Part shown: positions 1 through 7,320 of the stretch, one piece after another
Position numbering within the stretch: position 1 is the stretch's first letter
How the letters are laid out: every line of letters starts with the position of its first letter
Origin: Bdellovibrionales bacterium
Lineage (GTDB): Bacteria; Bdellovibrionota; Bdellovibrionia; Bdellovibrionales; JAUICD01
Direction of reading: 5' to 3'
DNA: 12,026 nucleotides
Assembly (NCBI GenBank): GCA_965197425.1
Contig: CBDANC010000001.1
Coordinates: 1-12,026 of the forward strand
Notes under the pieces: model-generated
What the model was told of the DNA's origin: nothing
Seen by the model: only the letters and a program-made list of their open reading frames with translations
Database searches by the model: none
Made by a program: the position numbers and the translations under genes

Positions 1-1023
1 AAGTTGATCAATCAATCTACGTAGTTCCGCAATGCCCTGTTGATTCCCTAAAATAATAATAGAATTTGTCCTTTCATCAGGCAGTACAAGTGAAAAAGCA
101 GAACCTTTTTTCTGGTCTGCACCTTTTTGTTGTCTTCTAAATCGAGGAATATTAGCCCGGCCACCCCTAGGTGCTGGCTGTCCTTTGTTAACGATCTTTT
201 CTAATAGGTCAGCAATATCTTTAGCTTTTGCAAATCGGATAGGTATAACAGCCATTTGCTCATTTACACTAGATTCGTCAATCTGTTGAATAATTTTCAT
301 AAAATTATTTATTTTGGAGCCAAAATCTGTAATCACAAGTGTGTTAGTGGGCTCATAACTTTGAAGATTACCTTGTGGTGAAACAGCCTTATTGATGAAC
401 TGACTAACTTGTGCGACATTTGAATGCTTTAGTTGAATGATACGAGTGATCATCTGGTCTGTATCAGGCGTATAAGCACCTGAAAATACTTCACTACTTC
501 CTTTGGCTTTGATAAGAGTTGTGACTTTTAGAAACTTACCCGCAGGAACTACTGTCAGATTATTGATAGCCAGCGCAGATAAAAAAGCTTTATAAGCCTC
601 TGCAACTGTGATGCGAGAGGGTGCAATGATAGTGATTGTCCCATTAACCGCCGAATCTATAATAAAATTCCTTCCTGTCAATTTTGAAATAGCTTCAGTA
701 ACAACCCTTATATTTGCATTTTTAAAGTCGAAGCTCTCTACAAGATCAGGAAAGTTCTCATTAGTAATATCTTCAGGATAGGCATTAGCAAAATCTTGCT
801 TACCCATTTCTTCACTTTTTGCTTTGGAAGAAGATGGTGACTGATCAGGGGTAACACCTCTACCACGTGGTGAAATAATAGGAGTTTCTTTAGAAACCTG
901 TGCAAATACTTTTTGATAGAACCCCGACTCCAAACCATCACTATCAAAATGACTTGCATTAAAAAGATTCAATAATATGATGGCTAATATAAAAACAATA
1001 AATTGAAGAGATTTCATGACCAT
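1..1023 (-). CDS. gspD: Type II secretion system secretin GspD, N-terminal ~341 aa (continues off the left edge)
   Basis: Manual minus-strand translation from ATG 1023 (alternative ATG 1017) is open to position 1. It begins MVMKSLQFIVFILAIILLNLF (signal-like), then secretin N0 FDFKNANIRVVTEAISKLTGRNFIIDSAVNGTITIIAPSRITVAEAYKAFLSALAINNLTVVPAGKFLKV, and N-domain repeats ITRIIQLKH...YEPTNTLVITD, VIPIRFAKAKDIADLL and PDERTNSLIILG. Confidence 0.9.
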   Translation of the reverse strand, partial: MVMKSLQFIVFILAIILLNLFNASHFDSDGLESGFYQKVFAQVSKETPIISPRGRGVTPDQSPSSSKAKSEEMGKQDFANAYPEDITNENFPDLVESFDFKNANIRVVTEAISKLTGRNFIIDSAVNGTITIIAPSRITVAEAYKAFLSALAINNLTVVPAGKFLKVTTLIKAKGSSEVFSGAYTPDTDQMITRIIQLKHSNVAQVSQFINKAVSPQGNLQSYEPTNTLVITDFGSKINNFMKIIQQIDESSVNEQMAVIPIRFAKAKDIADLLEKIVNKGQPAPRGGRANIPRFRRQQKGADQKKGSAFSLVLPDERTNSIIILGNQQGIAELRRLIDQL

Positions 1024-1294
1024 TCTTTGCCTGTTTCATTTAAAAATTATTACTTAGGTTATATATTATAATAAATCTCTTTTGTTTCAGACACGAATGA
1101 GCAAATATATTTACTTTACTTAAGTCTTGAAGTAGAAGGTCAATAACACACTTATCATCAAAAGATAATGAAAAAAAAGAAAGCTCGGAAGATGCATTGT
1201 TTTTTTAGAAAAAACAAAGAAAAGCCTCTAAAGTTACGGTTTGATGCATAAGTTAGAAAAGAAAAATAGGAGATATGGCAGGGAAATAAAATGA

Positions 1295-1381
1295 TTTCCC
1301 TAACATTATGTTAAAAAACGAAGAGAGTCTCCTCCCTAAAAATAACTCTTGCCTTAAGCTGTAAAAGATATTTTAGGGAAA
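1295..1381 (+). repeat. Family A structured repeat, internally deleted copy A1
   Basis: Same leader as the other copies (TTTCCCTAACA-TTA-TGTTAAAAAACGAAGAGAGTCTCC) and a basal stem CCCTAAAAATA/TATTTTAGGG. The interior is a short unrelated loop instead of the GC-rich hairpin. Confidence 0.7.
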
Positions 1382-1396
1382 CGGCAAGGAAATGAT

Positions 1397-3457
1397 ATGG
1401 AACTTTCAACGTCTGTACAGTATTTAAAAGGTGTTGGGCCTCAGCTAGCTAAGATATTAGAAAGAAGAGGTATTAAAACTGTAGAGGATGTTTTACAAAC
1501 CTATCCTCGAAATTATCGAGATTATAGAGCCTATCAATCCATCAGAGATGTAAGAGAAGGAGAAGATGTAAGCCTCGTAGCTTATGTAGTGTCTGTTAAT
1601 TTTTATAGACGTTCTAGAATATGGGATGTGATTTTAAAAGACGACTTTGGGTATATCAGTTGTAAATACTTCAAACAGCCTTACAAAGGATACTTTGATA
1701 GATTCAAGCCAGATATGAAAGTGTGTGTTGAAGGACGAGTCAACCTCTACCAAGGCAAAAAAGAATTTCGTCATCCTGATATTCTCGACTACACAGAAGA
1801 AGAGAACTTTGATCAAATTGTCCCTCTTTATCCAGACATGGATCCCATTAGTCATAAGAAATTATTACGTATAATAGAAACAGCTTTAAAAGCTACACAA
1901 GGAAAAGTTCAAGATCTTCTCCCAGAATGGTTAAAACATAAATATCAACTCATTTCAAAAGAAACAGCATTGCAAAATCTCCATCAGCCTAAAAGTAATA
2001 TGATCAATGCTCTACATGCAGGAAACTCTCAAGCTCAAAGAAGAATTAAATTTGAAGAATTCTTTTGGATGCAACTGACAGCTCTTGCTAGAAAATCCTT
2101 AAGTCCACAAACAAGATCTTTTGCTATGGATAAAGATAGCCAAAGCTTCCAAGAAAAAGCACTCAACATACTGGGCTTATCTTTGACCTCAGCTCAAATG
2201 CGTGTTTTTGAAGACATTCAACAAGACCTAAAACTTGCAAGACCTATGCATCGCTTAATTCAAGGGGATGTAGGAAGTGGTAAAACAGTAGTGGCTTTTT
2301 TGGCTGCTCTTCATACCATTGTTAATGGATATCAGGTTGCTTTTATGGTGCCAACAGAGGTCTTAGCAGAACAACATTATCAAAATGCAAAAAAACTATT
2401 TCCTCAACTTGGCATTGGTATTACATTACTGACAGGACAAATCAAAAAATCAGAAAGATCAGAAAAATTATTACAAATACAAAACTCAGAAGTTCAATTA
2501 TGCATTGGTACTCATGCTTTAATACAAGAGGATGTAAGGTTTAAAAACCTAGCTTTATCTATTATAGATGAACAGCACCGATTTGGCGTCCATCAAAGAA
2601 GACAATTAAAAGTTAAGGGCTCACATTTGTTGGTTATGACAGCTACACCCATCCCTAGGTCACTTTCACTCACATTATACGGAGATTTAGACGTATCTAT
2701 TATAGATCAAATGCCTTCTGGGAGAGTGCCTATCGTGACGAGAATGGTAAAAGAGCATCAAAGAAGAAAAGTTATGGAGTTTATAAGACAACAGTTAAAT
2801 CAAGGTCGCCAGGCATATATTGTTTATCCTCTAGTTGAAGAAAGCGAAAAAAGAGATTTTTTAAAAGATGCTGTCTCAGAATTTGAAAATCTAAAAAAAG
2901 AGTTTCAAGAGTTTTCCTTAGGACTTATACATGGAAAGTTAAAGCCTCTAGAAAAAGAGTCTATTATGAATGCTTTTAAAAAAGCTGAGATTCAAGCTCT
3001 AGTTTCTACAACAGTGATAGAGGTAGGTATGGATGTTTCTAATGTCAATTTGATCCTAATAGAACATGCAGAGTGTTTTGGATTGTCTCAACTTCATCAA
3101 TTAAGAGGAAGAGTAGGTAGAGGACTTTATAAGAGTTATTGTATCTTGATGCTAGGACAAAGGGTATCCAGAGAAAGTATGCAGCGCATTCGTATTTTAG
3201 AACAAACAACTGATGGATTTCAAATAGCTGATAAAGATCTAGAACTTAGAGGGCCTGGTGATGTTTTAGGAACACGTCAATCTGGGATTGATGGTTTTAA
3301 AATGGCAAATATCATAAGAGATAAAGACATTCTCCTACAAGCTCATAGAGCAGCTCACGAGCTTTTTCAAAAAGATCCTCATCTATCTCAACATAGAACA
3401 CTAAAGTCAGAACTTTCAAAGAAAGACGGACGACTTGCCCTTGCCACCTCTGGTTAA
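1397..3457 (+). CDS. recG: ATP-dependent DNA helicase RecG
   Basis: 686 aa. N-terminal LKGVGP and wedge/OB region, RLIQGDVGSGKT (motif I), PTEVLAEQH, IIDEQHRFG, MTATPIPRSL, QLHQLRGRVGRG and DLELRGPGDVLGTRQSG (TRG motif). AAGGA lies upstream of the ATG. Confidence 0.97.
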   Translation: MELSTSVQYLKGVGPQLAKILERRGIKTVEDVLQTYPRNYRDYRAYQSIRDVREGEDVSLVAYVVSVNFYRRSRIWDVILKDDFGYISCKYFKQPYKGYFDRFKPDMKVCVEGRVNLYQGKKEFRHPDILDYTEEENFDQIVPLYPDMDPISHKKLLRIIETALKATQGKVQDLLPEWLKHKYQLISKETALQNLHQPKSNMINALHAGNSQAQRRIKFEEFFWMQLTALARKSLSPQTRSFAMDKDSQSFQEKALNILGLSLTSAQMRVFEDIQQDLKLARPMHRLIQGDVGSGKTVVAFLAALHTIVNGYQVAFMVPTEVLAEQHYQNAKKLFPQLGIGITLLTGQIKKSERSEKLLQIQNSEVQLCIGTHALIQEDVRFKNLALSIIDEQHRFGVHQRRQLKVKGSHLLVMTATPIPRSLSLTLYGDLDVSIIDQMPSGRVPIVTRMVKEHQRRKVMEFIRQQLNQGRQAYIVYPLVEESEKRDFLKDAVSEFENLKKEFQEFSLGLIHGKLKPLEKESIMNAFKKAEIQALVSTTVIEVGMDVSNVNLILIEHAECFGLSQLHQLRGRVGRGLYKSYCILMLGQRVSRESMQRIRILEQTTDGFQIADKDLELRGPGDVLGTRQSGIDGFKMANIIRDKDILLQAHRAAHELFQKDPHLSQHRTLKSELSKKDGRLALATSG

Positions 3458-3534
3458 GTTCTCAATTCATCTCAATTTATAATAAGGAATGGCCTTGTTG
3501 CAAAAAGATTTAAGGAATATGTATGTAAAAACTA

Positions 3535-3739
3535 GAGAATTATGGCAGGTATCTTCCATAGGCCTTAGAAGGCCCCCGTACCTTGTATTTCTGTTATTTT
3601 ATGAAGTTACAATAGAATAAAATAGTTTAAGAAAATTTTATTTCCTGAGCCGCTAGCCTCTCGCCACAACTAGATCAAAAGCCTACTATAGGCTCTATCT
3701 CTATAAATTCAAATTTGATGTTTATGCAACAAACCCATA
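3535..3739 (+). repeat. Family B repeat, copy B1 (diverged)
   Basis: Collinear with the reverse complement of 7321-7480: TATGGCAG...CCCCCG...ATTTTATGAAGTTACAATAGAATAAAA (3596-3622, 23/27 identical to rc of 7391-7417)...TGCAACAAACC. Confidence 0.6.
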
Positions 3740-3770
3740 AGTAGTTATAAAAAACGGTGTTTATGTAGGA

Positions 3771-3915
3771 TTTCCCTAACATATTGTTAATAATGAGAAG
3801 AGTTTCCTTACTAAAAATGAACAATTTTTTTGAGGCAGTCAGCATTTTCTTGAAGATGTAAGTCTTCAGGCTGGCTGCCCAAAAATAGCCAGAGGCTATT
3901 TCATTTTTAGTGGAA
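3771..3915 (+). repeat. Family A structured repeat, copy A2
   Basis: TTTCCCTAACA-TAT-TGTTA leader. Basal stem ACTAAAAATGAA(3810-3821)/TTCATTTTTAGT(3900-3911). Inner hairpin GGCAGTCAGC..TTGAAGAT-GTAA-GTCTTCAG-GCTGGCTGCC (3834-3879). Side hairpin AATAGCC-AGA-GGCTATT. Confidence 0.85.
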
Positions 3916-3970
3916 AAAAGAAGTTTATTTCAAAATGTACTTGATTTTATCATCAATTTAATGTATATAA

Positions 3971-4005
3971 TCCTCATAATTACTTATTGAGGGTTTATCT
4001 TTTTT
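3971..4005 (+). terminator. Possible intrinsic terminator
   Basis: Imperfect stem CCTCATAA/TTATTGAGG followed by TTTATCTTTTTT. Confidence 0.35.
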
Positions 4006-4079
4006 GTGTTGTATAAATATATAATTTCTAAAAAATCCAAATTTAATTCTTCAACTTCTCAAGTTTCAGTATTTTTTAT

Positions 4080-4106
4080 TCATCTTTTTCTTAAAACAGC
4101 CGATAG
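4080..4106 (+). promoter_or_regulatory. Putative sigma28 (FliA) promoter
   Basis: TCAT-N15-GCCGATAG against the consensus TAAA-N15-GCCGATAA, about 90 nt upstream of ATG 4199. Confidence 0.5.
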
Positions 4107-4198
4107 CTAATAAAATCATCTCTATAAGTATACATAATATAGTTTCTAATTAATATTTATGTAAAGTTATTAAACGTTTTATTTTAAGGAGTATTATA

Positions 4199-4546
4199 AT
4201 GAAATCAAAATTTAAAAGAATAACTAACATAGTGTTTTTTTCTTCTCTTTTAGTCTTTCCATTAACCAATAGTTTTGGTGGTGCTACTGTTGATGTTCAT
4301 GGAAAGGTCAAGTCTTATAATGAGGGGGTCTATCAGATTCAGACAGATCAAACCCTTATAAGTGTTGAGTGTTCAAAGCTGCTTCAAGCTTATCAACAAA
4401 TTACCACAGGAAAGCAAGTAGACATAACTATACCTGCATCTGCAATTCTATCTTATAATAGAGTTAATAGAGTGATAAATCCAAACAGAACTCCAGTTAG
4501 AGCTCCTGCTAGTGTTATTCATCAAAAAGTTGGAATAGGAAGGTAA
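4199..4546 (+). CDS. Small secreted hypothetical protein (115 aa)
   Basis: Strong RBS AAGGAG at 4186-4191. Basic-hydrophobic signal peptide MKSKFKRITNIVFFSSLLVFPLTNSFG, followed by a beta-rich mature part. Confidence 0.8.
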   Translation: MKSKFKRITNIVFFSSLLVFPLTNSFGGATVDVHGKVKSYNEGVYQIQTDQTLISVECSKLLQAYQQITTGKQVDITIPASAILSYNRVNRVINPNRTPVRAPASVIHQKVGIGR

Positions 4547-4601
4547 GATGTTTGCTTTCGCATCTTTTGATTTTTGAGTATAACATATACACATGTACTT
4601 T

Positions 4602-4792
4602 ATCACTAAAAATAAACTGGTCTCTCGAGGCGAGCCTCTGACCACTTTTGGGTAGTCAGCCTGAAGACTCACGTCTTCAAGAAAACGCTGACTACCTCAT
4701 TTATCCACATGGGCAATCCTCAAAGAGGCTTGCCATCTGTTTATTTTTTAGGAAGGAGATACTTTTCGTTGTTTAACACCATGTTAAGGAAA
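4602..4792 (-). repeat. Family A structured repeat, copy A3 (inverted, with an extra hairpin)
   Basis: Minus strand reads TTTCCTTAACA-TGG-TGTTAAACAACGAAAAGTATCTCC, stem CTAAAAAATAAAC/GTTTATTTTTAG, extra hairpin ATGGCAAGCCTC-TTT-GAGGATTGCCCAT, and core GGTAGTCAGC..TTGAAGAC-GTGA-GTCTTCAG-GCTGACTACC. Confidence 0.85.
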
Positions 4793-4844
4793 ATTTCATC
4801 CTTTATAAAACCCGTTAGGGCTTAGAATTGGAAGAAAAAATATT

Positions 4845-5000
4845 TTTCCCTAACATGATATAAAAATAAGGAGTATCTACCCTACTCAAAATAAATGAAT
4901 TTTTGAGGCAGCCAGCATTTTATTGACGATGTCAATCGTCAAGCTGGCTGTCCAAAAACAACCAGAGGTTCACCTCGAGAGGTTGATTTATTTTGAGTGA
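4845..5000 (+). repeat. Family A structured repeat, copy A4
   Basis: TTTCCCTAACAT leader. Basal stem ACTCAAAATAAAT(4884-4896)/ATTTATTTTGAGT(4986-4998). Core GGCAGCCAGC..TTGACGAT-GTCA-ATCGTCAA-GCTGGCTGTC (4907-4952). Confidence 0.85.
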
Positions 5001-5032
5001 AATAAGATTAAGGTGCAAAAATTAAAATTACA

Positions 5033-5094
5033 GGTGCCAGACAGTTTGATTCCGGGTACGGTTTGCCAGAGTGCCAGTTTGCCGGATCCCGGAA
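5033..5094. repeat. GC-rich hairpin with short TGCCAG/GTTTG direct repeats
   Basis: TTCCGGG(5050-5056)/CCCGGAA(5088-5094) inverted repeat. TGCCAG at 5035, 5064 and 5072, TGCCGG at 5080. Confidence 0.5.
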
Positions 5095-5121
5095 AAAAGA
5101 GAGCTTGTTATGAACCATATT

Positions 5122-5661
5122 TTAGTTGTGCTTTAGATCTTTATCTTCAAAGATTTTAGATCCTGTGGCCTTGGTTTGTCCTTGATATTTTCCTTTATAA
5201 GGTGCTTGAGAAGGCAGGTCCATTTTACAAAAAACAAGCTGGCAAATACGTCGACCTGCCGTAAGTCTTATAGGTAAATTATTTGCATTATAAAGCTCTA
5301 AAGTAATATGCCCCTTAAATCCAGGGTCAATCCATCCTGCGTTTTGAATAAACAATCCAATACGTCCTATAGAACTTCTACCTTCCACAAAAGACGTAAT
5401 ATAGTTAGGTAATCCAATATATTCCATTGTTGTAGCCAGCAAAAAGGAATGGGGTTCTATTATGATTGATTGTGCTTGCACTTCTTCATATTCACATTTG
5501 TCTGATAAACCAATAACTGATTGATTTTTTTTAAATTTCAAAAAGTGGTTTCCTAAACGGCAATCTAAAGACGCCGACTGCAAAGACTCCTTGCAGAGAG
5601 GCTCAGCAATAAGCTCCTTATTTTCAATCATCTTTTTTATAGTTCTATCAGATAGAATCAT
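5122..5661 (-). CDS. dcd: dCTP deaminase (trimeric dUTPase-fold Dcd, possibly the bifunctional Dcd-dUTPase type)
   Basis: MILSD start, LQSASLDCRLG, VEGRSSIGRIGL, AGWIDPGFKGHITLELYN, RICQLVF and PYKGKYQGQ. Start moved from 5715 to ATG 5661, which has an AAGGGA RBS and the canonical MILSD N-terminus (179 aa). Confidence 0.93.
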   Translation of the reverse strand: MILSDRTIKKMIENKELIAEPLCKESLQSASLDCRLGNHFLKFKKNQSVIGLSDKCEYEEVQAQSIIIEPHSFLLATTMEYIGLPNYITSFVEGRSSIGRIGLFIQNAGWIDPGFKGHITLELYNANNLPIRLTAGRRICQLVFCKMDLPSQAPYKGKYQGQTKATGSKIFEDKDLKHN

Positions 5662-5698
5662 AATATATCCCTTAAGATATGATCTTTTATTTGTTTCA

Positions 5699-5773
5699 TT
5701 GACAATGCATAGCATTATTTATGATAAATGAAATAAAACTTATACATAAACCAAAAAACAATGTAAATACATT
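5699..5773 (+). promoter_or_regulatory. Divergent control region: TTGACA box and two AATG..CATT palindromes
   Basis: TTGACA at 5699-5704 and TATGAT at 5720-5725 (only a 15-nt spacer). AATGC-ATA-GCATT at 5704-5716 and AATGTA-AA-TACATT at 5760-5773. Confidence 0.35.
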
Positions 5774-5793
5774 TTCCCTCAAAAGACAATAAT

Positions 5794-6657
5794 ATGACTC
5801 AAAAAACTATTAACATATATAATGAGCCTATAAAATGGCAAAATAAGATCCACAATGGTGATTGTCTTGATATTATGCGCAGGATGCCAAAGGATTGCGT
5901 TGATCTTATTGTAACATCACCTCCTTACGCAGATGCTCGCCGGCACACTTATGGAGGTATCTCTCCTGATGATTATTCAGATTGGTTTGTTCAAAGAGCA
6001 AAAGAAATGCACCGCATTTTAAAACCTTCTGGATCTTTTGTGTTAAATATCAAAGAAAAAGCTGTAGAAGGAGAAAGGCATCCTTACGTGATTGAACTGA
6101 TTTTAGCACTTAAAAGACAGGTTGGATTTAGATGGGTAGAAGAGTATATATGGCATAAAACAACAGCCGCACCAGGTAAGTGGAAGTACCGCTTCCGTGA
6201 TTCATGGGAAAGGCTACTTCATTTTAGTAAGACCAAAGATTTTAAAATGAGACAGAATGCCGTACGTATACCTATTGGTGGTTGGACAAATGCTCGTTTA
6301 AAAAACATGAGCCAAAATGATAGACGTCGCATGGATTCTGCAACTCAATCAAAAATTGGCCGTCGCATCTCTGCATGGGAGGGTAAAGACTCTGTTTATC
6401 CTTCAAATGTCTTACATAAACCACCTGTCTGTCACAATACAGGGCATAGTGCTGCCTTTCCAGAATGGCTGCCAGAGTTTTTTATCAAACTTTTTACCGA
6501 TAAAGGTGATGTAGTTTTAGATCCTTTTTCTGGCAGTGGAACAACATTTAAAGTTGCATCCAGCTTGCAGCGCATCCCCATTGCCATTGAAATCAACCCT
6601 GATTATATAATCTCTCAAGAGAGGGGAAAAAATGAACAGCTTACAATGGATTTCTGA
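5794..6657 (+). CDS. Beta-class amino DNA methyltransferase (N4-cytosine likely, N6-adenine possible)
   Basis: IHNGDCL, motif IV VDLIVTSPPY near the N-terminus, HRILKPSGS, IWHK, HSAAFPEWL, motif I VVLDPFSGSGTT near the C-terminus, and IEIN. This order (IV before I) defines the beta group. Confidence 0.93.
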   Translation: MTQKTINIYNEPIKWQNKIHNGDCLDIMRRMPKDCVDLIVTSPPYADARRHTYGGISPDDYSDWFVQRAKEMHRILKPSGSFVLNIKEKAVEGERHPYVIELILALKRQVGFRWVEEYIWHKTTAAPGKWKYRFRDSWERLLHFSKTKDFKMRQNAVRIPIGGWTNARLKNMSQNDRRRMDSATQSKIGRRISAWEGKDSVYPSNVLHKPPVCHNTGHSAAFPEWLPEFFIKLFTDKGDVVLDPFSGSGTTFKVASSLQRIPIAIEINPDYIISQERGKNEQLTMDF

Positions 6658-7288
6658 AAAAGATCTCGATAGTGCTATAGACACTCTTTGTAAGAGAACA
6701 AAAAAGGCATTGAAAAATGTCAAAGCCAATCAAGAAAAGAATAAAATTGATCCTTTTCATTCCTTACTAATTACAAACACTTTTGAAATAAAACAAAAAT
6801 CAGATCTATTAGAACTGCAAGATAAAAATTCAGCACTTAGAGGAATGTCTAATGCAATTGGAACTTTTCATCAAAATATTTTGGGCTCTGTTAGTGGGTG
6901 GGAAAATTATGATTCAGGTTATGATCTTGAAAACCTAGAAAAAAAAATATTAGCAGAGATCAAAAATAAGCACAACACAATGAATAAAGATAATAAAGAT
7001 AACGTTTATAATAAGTTAAAAACAGCACTTGAACTAAAAAGAGGTTGTTGGAAAGGTTACCTTGTAGTAATTCTTCCTAAAAAAACTGAAAGCTATAAAG
7101 AATCTCTGAAAAAATTAGGAAGTAAGAAAGAATTGTATAAAATAGATGGTATGTCTTTTTATGAAATGGTTACTGGAGATAAAAATGCATTAAATAATCT
7201 ACTTAATGTATTATGTGATAAACTAAATGTTAATAAGGAAATTACATCATATTGCAAAGAAATAATGACAAGTAATTATAGATCATAA
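6632..7288 (+). CDS. Type II restriction endonuclease, Eco47II-like PD-(D/E)xK family
   Basis: KNKIDPF, NAIGTFHQNILG, GYDL...ILAEIKNKHNTMN and IDGMSFYEMVTGDKNAL match my recollection of the RE_Eco47II family. Overlaps the MTase by 26 nt, with a GAGGGG RBS. Confidence 0.82.
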   Translation: MNSLQWISEKDLDSAIDTLCKRTKKALKNVKANQEKNKIDPFHSLLITNTFEIKQKSDLLELQDKNSALRGMSNAIGTFHQNILGSVSGWENYDSGYDLENLEKKILAEIKNKHNTMNKDNKDNVYNKLKTALELKRGCWKGYLVVILPKKTESYKESLKKLGSKKELYKIDGMSFYEMVTGDKNALNNLLNVLCDKLNVNKEITSYCKEIMTSNYRS

Positions 7289-7320
7289 TAGTGTATGTAT
7301 TAGTAAGGGAAATTTTCATA

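Noticed and set aside
738..959. 73-aa minus ORF
   Set aside because: It is an alternative-frame shadow inside gspD.
1634..1855. 73-aa minus ORF
   Set aside because: It is antisense to recG with no recognisable features.
3542..3557. Sigma54-like TGGCAGGTATCTTCCA, and TGGCAGAAGTTCTTGCT in B2
   Set aside because: The first lacks the -12 GC and the second has 11-nt spacing. Both are family B termini.
4448..4672. 74-aa minus ORF
   Set aside because: It starts inside repeat A3 and overlaps the better-supported 4199-4546 gene.
3771..5000. Family A as integron attC sites (CCCTAAC resembles an R'' box)
   Set aside because: There is no complementary GTTRRRY at the far end, orientations are mixed, the leader lies outside the main stem, and there is no integrase in the window.
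5662..5715. 18-aa N-terminal extension of dcd in the ORF track
   Set aside because: ATG 5661 has an RBS and the canonical MILSD start.
6317..6729. 65-aa and 70-aa ORFs
   Set aside because: They are shadows within the MTase and REase genes.
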